The position numbers were made by a program, and so were the translations under genes. Below the pieces are notes generated by a model. The model saw only the letters and a program-made list of their open reading frames with translations, was not told the origin of the DNA and searched no databases. This document shows positions 36,375 through 51,049 of a stretch of DNA of 64,000 bases, in pieces. The stretch comes from Chiloscyllium plagiosum. Its lineage: Eukaryota. Positions within the stretch are counted from its first letter, which is position 1; each line of letters begins with the position of its first letter. Location: the NCBI RefSeq assembly GCF_004010195.1, contig NC_057718.1:72610674-72674673 (forward strand). The letters run 5' to 3'.

Positions 36375-37654
36375 ACCAATCTATTTGCTCAGAAGCAGAG
36401 TTAAAGGAATAAATCAATCTTCTCAATAATTACAAACCATCCATTAAATTTAAGCCACAACCAAAAAAAAAAATGCATTAATTTCATAGACAGCACAGTA
36501 TTTAAACTGATAAAAGACAACTGGTGTACATTAACCCTCCCCAAATTTCAACTTGGAGCTTCCTTCCGATCACACTCTCTTGGAACCTCCTCATAACCCT
36601 TTACATCCACCCCTCTGGAACCCCCATCACTCTGCTCATTCTTCTTATAAAATCACTCCCCAGTCCTCTTGCACTCTCGTTCTCTGCTGCAAATGGCACC
36701 CTCCCATGCCAGGTATCTGGTTGACCACCAAAGACTGGTAAAGACCGCCCAAGCGATTCGTTTGATTGGGAGGTGCAGCTCCTCAGCTTTCAATTTTATT
36801 TATAGAAGTCACCTTTCTGATCTGTCACTCATTGTTGTGGGCAAATTGGGGGCAGAGTGAAAACTGAGGGTGGAAGTACTGGAAACGCTGGTAGATATTG
36901 AGCCTAGATCCCAGATAACTAAAAGGTATTGAGATGTAGAAGAACTTGCCAAAATCTTCCAAGTGTCCTTAGGTACCAGAGAGATGCCAGAGGATCAGGA
37001 ATGTCAAATGTGATGCACTTTTTCAAGAAAGGATACAAGATCATTTCTGCCATCTTATGGGCCAAGGTTATAGACCAAATGGCTTATTTGGAAGCACTGG
37101 TGTTGTGTGATTTTTAACTTTGTACACCCCCGTCCAACACCAGCATCTCCAAATTTATGGGCCAGTTTAACATCAGTTATACATGAAGTTTTAATAACAA
37201 CCACAGAGATCAAGAAATCAAAAGGCACTTGGAGAGGTTTGAGTTAACAATGGATAGACAGCAGAGTTGTAACAGGCAAATCACACTTGCCAAGGTGAAT
37301 CCTTTTTTTAAATAGTAACAAAGAAGGTTGAAAAAGGGGTCATGAATGATGTCTAAGTAAATTTCAAGAAAATGAACAAGAGGTTGGTTAAAACATTTGA
37401 AAGTTACAGAACAGAAGCATCAGCATGTGATTGAATCATAAATTGACTGAAGGACAAAATACACAGTCATGGTAAATGGTTATTTTTCAGCTTATGAGAC
37501 ATGAGACAATGATATTCCCAAGAGATCAGAGCAAAAACACTTTTTAAATGTATATTAAAGAATTGGCTACTAGAATTCAGAGCAAAATTTCAAAAATTGC
37601 CAATGAGACCAAACTTGAAAGAATGGAAGACAGCGAAGACAGATATTGATAAGA

Positions 37655-37982
37655 ATGCCTACAGTGTGGAAACGGGCCCTTCGGCCCAACAAGTCCACAC
37701 CATCCCTCCAAAGGGTATCCCACTCAGAACCATTCCCCTATCCTACTACTTTACATTTATCTCTTACTAATATAGCTATGTACACACCCCTGAAAACTTA
37801 GTATGGCCAACTCACCCAACCTGCACATCTTTGGATTGTGGAAGGAAACTGGAGCACCCGGAGAAAACACACACGGACACAGGGAGAACGTGCAAACTCC
37901 ACACAGACAGTCACCCAAGGCTGGAATCAAACCTGGGTCCCTGGCACTGTGAGGCAGCAGTGCTAACCACTGAGCCACCATG
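37655..37982 (-). mobile_element. HE1-like V-SINE inserted into an old CR1
   Basis: Standard head and body, flanked by degenerate CR1 RT sequence. Confidence 0.85.
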
Positions 37983-38399
37983 ACTTTAGATAAGCTAGTA
38001 GAAGTAATAGACAAACAAAGGATGGGGATTTAATAGAGTGACATGTGGAGCAATGCGTTTTGGATCAACTGTTAGGGAGACGAAATACAAACTTAAAACT
38101 CAATTCTAAAGTATACAGGGTAAAAAGAAAAGGACCTCAGGTTCCATGCATATTGATCTTTGAAGAAGACAGTATACAGACAGCTAGTGAGTAAACTTAT
38201 GGAATTTTGTACTTCATAAAAACTGTTAATACAAAAGCAGCGAGGGCATGCTGAAGCCATTCAACTCTAGTTAGGCACAAGTACAATTTTGCATCAAGTT
38301 CTTGTCACCAAAATTTAGGAAGCATGAGGGGGCCTTGGGAAAATGCAAAGCAGTTTTGGGGATGGGACATTTATGCTCCAATACATTTTTAAAAAACTA

Positions 38400-39600
38400 T
38401 TCACTGGTTACAGCAGCATTTATTGCCCATTCCTTCTTAACTTTGGGACAATTGTGCTGAGCTCTCTTCTTGAACTATTGCCATTCAATTGTGAGCAGAT
38501 CCACAATGCTGTCAGGGAGGGTGTTCCAGGGTTTTGACACAGCGAAGCTGAAAAGAACAGTAATATGTTTTCAAGGAAGGATGGGAGCGGCTTGGAGGAA
38601 AACTTGCACAGGTTGTGTTTCCAGTTATCTACAGCCAGTGTCCATTTAGGTGGTTTAGGCACAGCATGGGAACGTGTTCAGAAACTTTGGTGAATTTCTG
38701 TAGTGCATTTTTAGGTGTTACATACTGTTCCTACTGGTTGGTGGTGGTGGAGGGAGTGAAGGTTTGTAAATGTGGTGTGAATCAAGAGGTTTTATTTTGT
38801 CCTAAATTATGTTGGTGTCAAGCTTGTTGAGTGTTGTTGAAGCTGCACTCAATTAGGCAATTGGGGAATATTCCATCACTGTCTGACTTGGACCTTGTAG
38901 ATAATGAACAAGCTCTGGGGATTCGGGAGGTGAATTACTCACTGCAATATTCCTAGCCTCTGACCTGGCCTTGTAGCCACAGTATTCATCTGGCTAGTCC
39001 CGTTCAGATTCTGATTAATGGTAACCCCCAGTACCTCGATAGTGGGGATTAAGTTAAGGTAATGCAATTGAATGTGACGGTTAGATTCTTCATGATTGGA
39101 GATGGTCATTGCCTGGTATTGTCTAGGTCTTGCTGCATTTGGACATTAGAATTAGAATTAGAATCCCTACAGTGTGGGAATAGGCCCTTCGGTCCAACAC
39201 GTCCACACTGACCCTCCGAAGAGTAACCAACCTGGACCCATTCCCTTACCCTATATTTACCCCTGACTAATGCACTTAATACAATGGGCAATTTAGCTTG
39301 GCCAATTCACCTGACCTGCACATCTTTGGATTGTGGGAGGAAACCCATGCAGACACAGAAGAATGTGCAAACTCCACACAAACATTCGCCCGAGACGGGA
39401 ATTGAACCCAGGTCTCTAGCGCTGTGATGGAGCAGTGGTAACTACTGAGCCACCATACCGCCCATGGAACACTTTAGTACCTAAGTAGTACTGAATGGTG
39501 CTGAACATTGTACAATCAACCGCCAACACCCACGCTTCTGATATTATAACTGACAGAATGTTATCGTGAAGCAGGTGAAGACAGCTGGGCCAAGGACACT
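38400..39600 (-). mobile_element. Old CR1/L2-like LINE 3' region with a nested HE1 (~39147-39465)
   Basis: Minus-strand VQMQQDLDNTRQ motif. Same family as 51050-52230 and 55300-57370. Confidence 0.7.
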
Positions 39601-40639
39601 ACGGTTTGAGGCGAGAGCAGTTTCCTTGCAGCAAAGTAAATGGAGTGGAGTTTTCACAGGTTTGAATAAGATAGACAAGGAAAATTTGCTATATTAACCA
39701 AGAATGTAAGAAACAGCGATGCAATATTTTAGACAAGATATGCAGGGTGACCATATGTTGATCAGGAGGCTTTGCCCAAGCAGTTGGGACAGAGCATATC
39801 CTGAGTGAGCCACAGCCCTGGTGAGGTTGTTTCTGGGAACTTGCAGCGCTGAGAGATTTTGGCGCAGAGAGGAAATGGTGCTTTTTACTTCTTTTTTGGG
39901 TTCATAGTTTTTAAGGCTTTATGTGGTTTTAAGTTTGTAAGGCTGTATTCTTCAGCTTTGACTGAACAGATGAAGGAAATCAGCAACAGAATAAATGAGT
40001 CCCAGGACCAGGAGCTCAGCAGTTCAGATTCAATACAGCAGAGAGAAGGGAGTCCTAGTTTAATAGTTGCAGTTTCAAGGGCCTACTGATTAGGAAAATA
40101 AATCCATTAATGACATGATAGGAAAATGAGGGTGTTGTTTGGTTTATGATTTTAAAAGGTATATTTTGTTGGCAGAGCATATATTAACTGAGAAACAACA
40201 CAAATAAATGGAAGTTAGGGTTAAGATAGTAAAGCAATATGAGTAAGCAAAATGGAGTAAGCATAAGAGACATTAGTTATTAATATCTAATGTAAACAAA
40301 TTTTATTTTAAAAATGGAGTAACTAAAGGACTTAAAATAAGTCATGGCAGCAGGCCTCGCATTGTGATATGCTCCTCCTGTGCTCAGTAGCAAACTACAG
40401 AAGTTTCAGTTCTCCCTCATGGCTACTGATTCATTTCATTTTAGAGCTGGAGCAGATGAATTCACTATGAGGCATCTGTGATGCTGACATGTTGGGGGTA
40501 GCACATTCAGGAAGTTATTAAACTGCAGTGCTCTGATCACCCTCCTTTATAATATATACCATTTTGGATACTAATGGGGGGGGAACAAAGAGGGATTATG
40601 GGACTGGAAAAAGTCATGACAGCCAACTTCAATGCACTA

Positions 40640-42440
40640 TGAAATGATTGAGCAACTAAATACATACTTTGGTTCTGTCTTCACAAAAAAGAGGACAGAA
40701 ATCAGATACCAGAAATGTTGGAAAATGTACAATTTAGTGAGAGGGAAAAACAGAGGGAGATCAATATTAGTAGTGAAATGGTGCTGGGAAAATTGATGGG
40801 ATTGAAGGCGGATAAATTCCCAGGACCTGAATATCTACATGCCAGAGTACTTAACAAAGTAGCTCTAGAAATAGTAGATGCATTCATGGTCACATTCCAG
40901 GATTCTATAGACTCTGGAACAGTCCCTGCAGATTGGAAGGTAGTTAATGTCACTCCAATATTCAAAAAGGAGGATGGGGAGAAAATAGAATTATCGACCT
41001 CCAATCCATTATCAAGGACTTTATAGCAGAGTTTTTAAAAAAGCAGTGGCAGGATCAGGCAGAATTAGCATAGATTTATGAATGGGAAACAATGCTTGAC
41101 AAATTTATTGAAATTCTATGAAGATGTAACTAGTACAATTGACAAGGGGGAGCCAGTTGAAGTGGCATATTTGGACTTTCAGAAAGCATTTAACAAAGTC
41201 CTGATGAATTCCTGATGAACAGCTTTTGCCTGAAACATCAAAATTCCTGCTCCTCGGATGCTGCCTGACCTTCTGTGCTTTCCAGCACCACTCTAATCTT
41301 GACTCTGATCTCCAGCATCTGCAGTCCTCATTTTCGCCCAAGAGATTACTGTGCAAGATTAAAAGGGATGGGATTGGGGGAAGTGTATTAAGACAGATTT
41401 TTTAAAAACTGGTTGGCAGAGAAGAACCAAAGAATAGGAATTAATGGGACCATTTCAAATTGGCAGGCAGTAAATAATGCGGTGCCACAGGGATCAGCAC
41501 TGGGACTCCAATATCATTAATGATTTGATGAGGGGGAAAAAAAACTAACATCGCAAAATTTGTAGATGATATCAAGTTTGAGGGTGAGCTATGATGAGAA
41601 TGCAGAGATCCTTCAGCATGATCTGGACAGGTTGGGTGTGTGGACAAATCAATGACAAATGCAGTATAGTTTGATAAATGTGATGTTATTCACTTTGGAA
41701 GAAAAAACATGGAGGCAGATTTCAAACCTGAATGGCTGTAAATTGGAGGAGGGGAATGTGCAACAGGATCTGGGTGTCCTTGTGCACAGTCGTTGAAGGT
41801 AAGCATGCAGATGTAGCAGGCATAAAGAAGGTAAATGATATGCTTGCCTTCACTGAAAGAGGTTCTGAGTACGGGAGCAGGGATGCATTGTTGGTGAGTC
41901 CACACCTTGAATATAGTGTTAAGCTTTGGTCTCCTTTTCTGAAGAAGGATATGCATGCTTTCAAGGGAGTGCAGTGAAGGTTTACCAGGCTGATCCCAGG
42001 GATGGTGGGACTGACGTATGAGGAGAGATTGACTAGGTTAGGATTGCTTTCACTGCAGTTCAGACGAATGGGGTGGGGGGAATCTCAGAGATTCTAAATG
42101 GACTAGATAGGGTAGATGCAGGGTCGATGTTGCCGATGGTGGGTGTGTCCAGAATCAGGGGTGACAGTCTGAGGATTCAGGTAGACAATTTAGGACGGAG
42201 AGGAGGAGACAAGGAATGGTGAGCCTGTGGAATTCATTACCACAGGAAGCAGTTGATGCCAAATCATTGAATGTATTCAAGAGGTGGCTAGATATAGCAT
42301 TTGGGGCAAATGAGATCAAAAGTTATGGGGAGAAAGCAGGATTAGGTTCTTGAGTTGGATGATCAGCCATGATCATGATGAATGGCAGAGCATGCTCAAA
42401 GAGCTGAATGGCCTCCTCTTGCTCTTATGTGTCTGTGTTT
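40640..42440 (+). mobile_element. CR1 LINE ORF2 fragment with a nested Penelope mini-element (~41201-41341)
   Basis: LKADKFPGP..LHARVL, VPADWKVVNVTPIFKK, YLDFQKAF, VPQGS and KFVDD motifs. Confidence 0.88.
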
Positions 42441-43374
42441 ATGTTTTGCTATGGGTGGCCCTGTTCCACAAGAGGGGAGGGGAATGAACAGCTGGGCTTC
42501 AGTGGAATAGGATCCAATTGCAAGGGTAACAATCCAGGGTTTCTATGACCGCACAAGGGACATTGCCTCCCTAATGCTAGGGTCAGGGATGTCACTAAGC
42601 AGAAAAAGAGAGGAGGTCCTGCAGGTAGAATTTAGGGAGTAAAGTACTGCATTAAAGAATAGGACCCAAAACTCTTATTCACTAGACTATTTCTGGTGCT
42701 GCATGCTAGTGAGTCTAGAAATCGAGGTTAGTCCAGACAAACGCGTGGCTGGAGAGAGGGTGCGGGATGGAGGGCTTTAGGTTTCTGGGACAGTTTTTGG
42801 GGGCAGAGGGATCTGTACAAAATAAATAGCTTGCACCTGAACCAAAATGGGACTAACATCCATTTGGTGTTGGAGGGTTTAAGCTAACTTAACTGAGGGG
42901 TGGGATCTTGACATAAGGTTCATCAAGGGCGGACGAATGGTCAAAATTCAGAGACAACAAAGGAGTCAAGTAAGCATAGAAATTAAAGGCCGGTTAAGAC
43001 ATAAGGGAGTTTGGCAAAGGTGGATGGTATTTATTTTTATACAAGATGACATACAGCACGATGATTTGAGAGCACAGATTTAAACATGGGGTGTGGTATG
43101 ATTGTTATCACTGAGTCAAAATTGAGAGGGGGGCTGGCCTGGTAGTTCAATATTGCAGGATACAGGGTCGTCAGGTGAGATGGGGTGGAGGAAATGTTGC
43201 AATAATGATCACAAAATCAATTAGAGCAGTAAGCAGGGATGACATCTTAGAAGGAGCCTCAAACAAAGCCATATGGGTGGAATTTAAAAACCAAAGAGGA
43301 GCAAACAGAGATTTACTACCCTCTGACAGAAAAACGTTCCTCCTCATGTCTACCTTAATTAATAACCCCTCATT

Positions 43375-43645
43375 CAAGAGGCCTGGGTTCAATTCCCGCC
43401 TCAGGCGACTGTCTGTGTGGTGTTTGCACATTCTCCCCGTATCTGCGTGGGTTTCCTCCGGTTTCCTCCCACAGTCCAAAAATGTGCAGGTTAAGTGACT
43501 TGGCCATTCTAAATTGCCCGTAGTGTTAGGTGAAGGGGTAAATGTAGGGGAATGGGTCTGGGTGGGTTGCGCTTCGGCAGGTCGGTTTGGACTTGTTGGG
43601 CTGAAGGGCCTGTTTCCACATTTAAGTAATCTAATCTAATCTAAT
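43375..43645 (+). mobile_element. HE1-like V-SINE, 5'-truncated
   Basis: Runs from the B box GGTTCAATTCC to the (TAATC)n tail. Confidence 0.85.
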
Positions 43646-44229
43646 GCCCTCTGGTCCCAGACTCTCCTACAAGGGGAAACAACTTTTCTGCATCTACCCT
43701 GTCAAGCCTTCTAAGAATCCTCTATGTTTCAATAAGATTTCCTCTCATTCCTCTAAATGCCAATGAGCACAAGCCCAACCTACTCAAACTCTCCTGATAA
43801 CATTTTTCACTCCATACCCAGAATCAACCTAATAACAGTTTTCTGAACTGCCTCCAATGCCAGTATATTGATGCCATATACAGGAAAACAAAACTGTTCA
43901 CACCATCGTGGATAACGTGAAAATTGGCCAGCTGGCTGACAGTAAAGAAATCAATGTTAGATTACAGGAGGATATAGGTGGATAGTTGATTGGCAAATCA
44001 GTGGAAGATGGAATTTAACCAGGCTAACAGAGATGATGCACTGTGGAAGGCTTAACAACACAAGGGAATACTTAATGATAGCAATCCACTCAGAAGCTCA
44101 GAGGAATAGAGGGTTCTTGTCCACAAATTCCTGAAGGTGACAGGATTAGTAGATAAAGTGGTTAAGAAAGCAGGTGGGGAACTCGCCTTTATCAATCGAC
44201 GTGTAGACTATAAGTGCAGGGAGGTTATG

Positions 44230-44550
44230 ATTAGATTAGATTAGATTACTTACAGTGTGGAAACAGGCCCTTCGGCCCAACAAGTCCACACCGCCCCGCC
44301 GAAGCGTAACCCACCCATACCCCTACATTTACCCCTTTTAACCTAACACTACGGGCAATTTAGCACGGCCAATTCACCTGATCTGCACATTTTTGGACTG
44401 TGGGAGGAAACCGGAGCACCCGGAGGAAACCCACGCAGACACGGGGAGAACGTGCAAACTCCACACAGTCAGTCACCTGAGGCAGGAATTGAATCCGGGT
44501 CTCTGGCGCTGAGGCAGCAGTGCTAACCACTGTGCCACCGTGCTGCCCAC
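44230..44550 (-). mobile_element. Young HE1-like V-SINE with 7-bp TSD inside a CR1
   Basis: ggttatg is duplicated at 44223-44229 and 44551-44557, and the host CR1 continues across the insertion. Confidence 0.92.
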
Positions 44551-45941
44551 GGTTATGGTGAAGCTGTACTGGAATCTGATTAGGCCACAGCTGGAGTACT
44601 CTGTGTGGTTCTGGTCATCACACTATAGGAAGGATGTGGATGCACCGGAGAAGGAACAGAAGCAATTCGCCAGGTTCCTAGGATGGAGCATCTCAGTTAC
44701 AAATAGAGACTATATAAGCTCAAGTTTTCCTCTTTGGAATAGAGGAGGTTAAGGGAGAACCCTGTAGAGATATGTATAAGATAATGGGCAGCATGGACAG
44801 GGTGGATCCAGAAAGCAGCCATTCCCCTTACTTGAAATAACAAGGGGATATAATTTTAAGGTAGGAGATTTACAAGATATTTGAGGAAATCTCGTTTGTC
44901 CAGACAGTAATAGGTTCTGGAATGCATTGTCTGGGTGGGTAGCTGAGATGTTGAACCTTTAAAAAGGTACTTGAATAAGCACTTGAAATGTTATAATATT
45001 CAAAGGCTATGGGCCCAATCCTGGAAAGTAGAACTAGTGTAGATTTAGTGTATTTTTAGTGATACAGTCTTGATGGGCTGAAGGGCCTCTAGTGTACTGT
45101 ATGATTACATCCCACTGTGGTTCGAGTAATGTCTTGTATAGTTTTAGCAAGACGTCCTAACATTTATTGCCAATTTTCATTGAAACAAGGGGCAACATTC
45201 CATTTGCCTTCCCTATTTCCTGGTGAACTTGGATGCTAGCTTTTGGTGACTCATGCACTGCAACTCAAATTCATCTGTGCCAATTTTTTCCATTTAAAAA
45301 GCATTCAGCTCTTCTATTCTTCCTGTCAAAGTGCACACCGTTACATTTTCTCACATCATATTCTTTCTGCCAGGTTTTCATCTACTCACTGAATCTGTCT
45401 ATATTCCTCAATTGACTCGTTATTTTATCCTCAGTACTTGCTTTTCCACCTATTTTTGTGTCAACCACAAACTTGACAATAGTTACTTATGTCATCGAAG
45501 CCATTAATATATATTGCAAATAATCACGGCTCCAGTACTGATCTGTGTGGTACTCAAAATTGTGAAATTTCACAGATTGCAATCCTGAAAATCGTTTATC
45601 TAACATTTCTACCTTCTCTTAGTTAACCGATCCCCTACCCATGCTAATATACCACCCCAAACATCTTAAGAAGTAGTCTTGTGTGAAATACCTTATTGAA
45701 TGCATTTTAAAACTCCAAATATGTTACACTTATGTTCCTTTTTATCTATCCTGCTTGCTACCTCCTCAGAGAATGTGAGGAAGAACTGTATTTCACAGTG
45801 AGTGGAAATGACCTTGAAAATCCCAGCCATTATGGACTGTGGAAGCATAAACAATCAATGATGTTAAAAGGATATTGGATTAAAACTCAGAAGTAACTAC
45901 ACTAACATGGCTAGGGAGTACAGCAAGGAATGGGATTGACT

Positions 45942-46042
45942 GAGTTCTGAGGAAGGGTCACTCGACCCAAAACATTAACTCTGATTTCTCTCCACAGATG
46001 CTGCAGATCTGCTGAACTTTTCCAGCAATTTGTTTTGGTTGT
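45942..46042 (+). repeat. Type-B Penelope mini-element with near-complete hammerhead fold
   Basis: GAGTT-CTGAGGA-A-GGGTC-ACTC-GACCC-AAAA-CA-TT-AACTC, with stems I and II intact. Possible TSD atgggatt at 45930-45937 and 46045-46052. Confidence 0.72.
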
Positions 46043-46129
46043 GTATGGGATTCATTGGATTGCTCCACAGAAAGTATAATGAGCTGAATGGTCTCTTTTG
46101 ATGATATAAATGATTCCCTTAGTCAGGCA

Positions 46130-46540
46130 TTATAGACGTGATCTATATGGACTTCAGTAAGGTGTTCGACAAGGTTCCCCATGGGAGACTGATTAGCAAG
46201 GTATACAGGGAGTACACCGAGATACACGGAGAACTAGCCATTTGGATACAGAATTGAGTCAAAGGTAGAAGACAGAGGGGGGTGGTGGAGGGTTGTTTTT
46301 CAGACTGGAGGCCTGTGACCAGTGGAGTGCCACAAGGATCAGTGCTGGGTCCTCTACTTTTTGTCACTTACATAAATGATTTGGATGTGAGCATAAGAGG
46401 TACAGTTAGTAAGTTTGCAGATGGCACCAAAATTGGAGGTGTAGTGGACAGCGAAAAGGGTTACCTCAGATTACAACAGGATCTTGACCAGATGGCCCAA
46501 TGGGATGAGAAGTGGCAGATGGAGTTTAATTCAGATATGA
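46130..46540 (+). mobile_element. CR1 RT fragment
   Basis: [26 protein letters not shown] and KFADGTKIGG motifs. Confidence 0.88.
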
Positions 46541-47074
46541 CTCTATAAATTCCCCAACTTCTATCAAAACAAGTAAGTTTTGCTTATTAACCTACTGGTT
46601 TTAGGAAGGGATAAACTTCCAGATGCAGACGCCTCATGACCTATCTTACAATGTGCAACTTTTACTACCAGAAGGTGATACTGTCCAAGATATAGGTGAA
46701 ATAATTATTCCTTCCATCTCAACATTCAGCCAATTGATTTGCCTTCAATAATGCAGCTGTTATCTGAAGTTGGTAGCAATGTTTGATCAGATATATCAAG
46801 GTAACACAGGTCCTTTATTTCCACACGCAAAACACCCCACATCTCCTTCAGACATGGGTAAAAGATGCTCACCAATTTTTGCCCTAGCCAGTATAATGGA
46901 TACTCTATTCAGAAGCTTTCATAGTTATGTAAAATCTGGTTTAAAAAAAAAGCTCAATGTCACTCCAGGAACAGCAATTTCCACTATGGTGGAAACACAG
47001 TAGCAACTGCTAAGTGATTACTTCAGACATGTCCAACAGTACAAACACCCAAATCTTTAAGGACATCCTCATAC

Positions 47075-47227
47075 CTTGTCTTTATGTAAGAGTTGCTGAC
47101 TAATTACATCTTCGCAAATGCTAGAAGATGGGACGAGATTATGCAGTTGATAAAACAGTTCGACACCTCTCTGATAATATTGTGGGGTTTTATCCCCAAG
47201 CTGATTCCAAAGTATCACCGCCACTTG
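47075..47227 (-). CDS. DOP1A: DOP1A internal coding exon (153 nt)
   Basis: Acceptor ttcttattaaag|CAAGTG, donor GACAAG|gtatga. Encodes QVAVILWNQLGDKTPQYYQRGVELFYQLHNLVPSSSICEDVISQQLLHKDK. Phase 0-0. Confidence 0.96.
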
Positions 47228-49319
47228 CTTTAATAAGAAAAAGAAAAGAAAAATTGACAATTATATTTTAATTTTTAATGACACACAACACAGCATAAGT
47301 ATTCTTCAGACTTAATGTGTACATTTCAAATGTAAGTGGTACAATACAAGACTTTTCAAATTTAGAGTCATAGAGTTCTTAATGCAGGAAATGTTTTTAA
47401 GAAATTTCTGGAGAAAGTGAACTTATTTATTTCATGATATTGTTGTGTTGCTAGCCCTGTCCTGACTGCAGTTGGCTTTTCAAAATGTATTATTTCACTG
47501 GGTGTTAACTTGCTTAAACAAATAAGCAAAATCAATATTTGTTTCCCATTGCAGATTGCCCTTCAGAAGGTGGCAATGGGCTAGATTTATTTACTGAATG
47601 ATTATTTAACTGAATTTAAATTCGACCATTTCTATGCATATCCTCGAACTCATGTTGCCAGAGCAATTGCCTGGGTCTGGATTACGTTATCACTATACCA
47701 CACATCTTCTAATTTACATGCACTGCCCCAGTAGTTTTATTAGGTGCCAAATGTCTTGCCAAATCTGATGGGTACATTCGCATTATAAATCATTTGTGAA
47801 TATACACCCTTAATTTTGTAAATTTCTTCTAACCTCTCAGTCACAAATTCAGGCCTACTACAGATGTTATGTTGGATGTAGTCATCTTAGCCGGACTAAT
47901 AAGACATTTGAGCATCTTGACTTTTACTGGGACCGACTCACGTTGTCCTATGCTCCCTTGTATACTGGCAAAACCTGGAGTGCAGCCAGAGCACTGCATT
48001 GTAATTTAAAGTGGACATTCACATCTTTCACATAAATCTTTCTGATAAATACAACAGCAAACCATGCAAATTCTTGAGATAATGCCAGATATGAATAATC
48101 AAGCTGCTTACTTCCATGTTAACAAGAACATACCAAAAAAAGTTACGTTTGGTCCTTTAATTGAATGGACCAAACTTTGCATAAAACTATATTAACAACA
48201 TGCCATTCCCTCCCAAGAATAATGGGATTTTTTTTAACAAGACAATTTCCAAGCTTCATGTAGGCCTTGCCTCGCTACCTTATAGGGCTCTGCTTTAAAA
48301 ACTTCCATGCTACTGTGTATTTTAATTCTCACTGTTCACAGCTAAAATTGGATGATACATAAGGCAGTAATTGCCCTTAAGTTATAAATTCAAGGTATGG
48401 AACAAGGCATTAACAAATTAATAATAAACACAATAATAGAACAGTAAAATTAGGAAAAAAATAACAGTGGTCTTTCGTAGAAAGTAGAAAATATTTATCC
48501 ACATATGCAGAAGATGTTAAAACTGTAGTGAATACTGTATATAATCAGGTATTAGTCAATCTCTTATAAAAATCAAATGTCTTCTTTCAGCCAAATTTTA
48601 TTTTTCTCATGGTTCTCATTTAAATCAACCCCAACTTTTGGCCAAAAAAAAAACTTTCTACCTACCACCTAAAATCAAATTCACTTGAGTGCAAAGCTAC
48701 TCCTTCATAGAATCATACAAGAGGCTAGCATCGATAGCAGGTAATTTCAACTTTCCTAACATCAATCAGGGTAATCAAAAATAGAGTCATCCAGTTATAC
48801 AGCATGGCAATAGACCCTTGAGATCATTTTTTCTGCACCAATCAGATATCCTAAACTGATTTAGTCCTAAATTGCCAGAATTTGGCCCAGATCCCTCTAA
48901 ACCCATCCAGGTATCTTGGAAATGTTGTGGCTGTATCCATCTCCACTACCCTCTCAGGCAGCTCATTCCATACACAGCCCACAGTCTTGTGAAAATGTTG
49001 CTACTTAAGTCCCTTTTAAATCTTTTCTCGCTCAGCTTAAATCTATGCTCTGTAGTCTTGGACTCCCTTACACGAGAAAAAGACCTCAGCTATTCGTCTT
49101 ATCCATACCTTTCATGATTTTATAAATCTCAGCCTCCGAAGGAAAAAAATGCTCCAGGGAAAAAAAATCCCAGCCTAATCAGCCTTTCTCTAAAAAGTCG
49201 CATACCCCTGAATACTTAGTTCGCGGCCTTGATTTCATAACAACCATGTCTCTGAAATGACTGTAAGATCATACCCATTAACCTCTATTTATTATACCAA
49301 TTCCTTTTCGTTGTGCTGA

Positions 49320-51030
49320 ATACCATGTACATTTAATTTTAAATGGAATTCTTAGAATGCATCAGGAAAGCTCTTTAAGCCAGTTTGTAGAAGTTCTGCC
49401 AAGAAAGGAGGTAGTCCTGGACTTAATTTTTGATAATGAAGCAAGGCAAGTGTCAAAGTATCAAGGCAAGTGGGTGAAGTAGCAGAAGGGATTTGTTTTT
49501 GCAGGCAGTGATCATAACTCCATTAGGTTCAAGATTGTTGTGGAAATGGACAAGACTGGGCCTAAAATCAAATTTCTAAACTGTAGGAAGGCTGACTTTA
49601 ATAAGATCAGGTATGGATTGGCCAGAAGTCGATACTTTTAAGTGAATCTGTCAGAGCAGTGAGATGCATTCAAGGATTGGGGCGGCATGGTGGCACAGTG
49701 GTTAGCACTGCTGCCTCGCAGCACCAGAGACCCAGGTTCAATTCCTGCCTCAGGCAACTGTCTGTGGAGTTCGCACATTCTACCCACGTCTGTGTGGGTT
49801 TCCTCCGGGTGCTCCGGTTTCCTCCCACAGTCCAAAAATGTGCAGATTAGGTGAATTGGCCATGCTAAATTGCCCATAGTGTTAGGTGAAGGGGTAAATG
49901 TAGGGAAATGGGTCTGGGTGGATTGCTCTTTGGAGGGTCAGTGTGGACTTGTTGGGCCGAAGGGCCTGTTTCCACACTGTAAGTAATCTAATCATGAATT
50001 AGATTCCAATAAAAATAAAGGGTGGGAACAACAAATCCTGTGATCCCTGGATAGCAAGGAATATAAAAGATTGGATAAAGAGAAAAAGACCTCAAAACAG
50101 CAGAAGCCCTGGAAGAGTACTGAATGTGCAAGGAGAAACTTGAAAATAAATTAGGAAAGCAAAATTGGATATTTGGCATGTTTAAAGTAAGAAAAATCTC
50201 CAAGGCCAGCTGAAATGTATCCCAGGGCTGTTTCATGAGGAGAGAGAAGAAATAGCACCGGCATTAGCAATAGTTTTCAATTTCTCTCTGGCCATAGAGA
50301 ACTGAAGTACAGCCAATGTAGTACCATTATTGACAAAGGGAGCAAGGATAAACAAGAAACTACAAGCCAGTCTAACCTTCACATCTGATTAACTTGATTA
50401 AATGTTTCAAAGCTTGAACCAGGTATGTAGATGAGGTAAGTGTATTTAACTTTAGCAAGGCTCTTGGCACAGGAGACTGATAGCAAAGGTAAGAACCCAT
50501 GGAATCCAAGTAAATTTGGCTAAATGGAACCAGAATTAGCTGAGTGGTAGAAAGCAGGTGGTGATGGTCTAGCGTGGTTCTGTGACCAGTGTGGTGTCAC
50601 AGTGATTAGTATTGGGGCCCTTGCTATTTATGGCATGGAGGTTATTGTTGAGCAGGTCAAATGTACTGATCAGTGGCAAATGGAATTCAATCCAGATAAG
50701 TGACAGGCAATACACACAGGCAAGGGAATACATGAAGGGTTGGACCCATGGGAATCACCAATGATCAGAGGGACCATGCTGTGCATGCCAACCAGTGCCT
50801 TAAGGTTGCAGGACTGGTAGATAAAAAAAATTAAAGTGGTGTCTGGGATATTTGCCTCTATTAGTTGAGACACGGTATTAAGAGCAAGAAGGTTATGCTG
50901 GAACTCTGTAAAAAGTTGGTTTGGCAACAGCTAGAATATTGCCTGCAGTTCTGGAATCCATATTAGTGGGGCAATGTGATTGGAGAGGCTGCAGTAGAGA
51001 TTTATCACCATGTTGCCTGGGCTGCAGAGA
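49320..51030 (+). mobile_element. Old CR1 LINE fragments with a nested HE1 V-SINE (~49679-49993)
   Basis: End of the APE domain (LDLIF..E, GSDH) and RT remnants. The SINE has an A box, B box and tail. Confidence 0.75.
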
Positions 51031-51049
51031 TTTAGTTTTTTTTCTTAAT

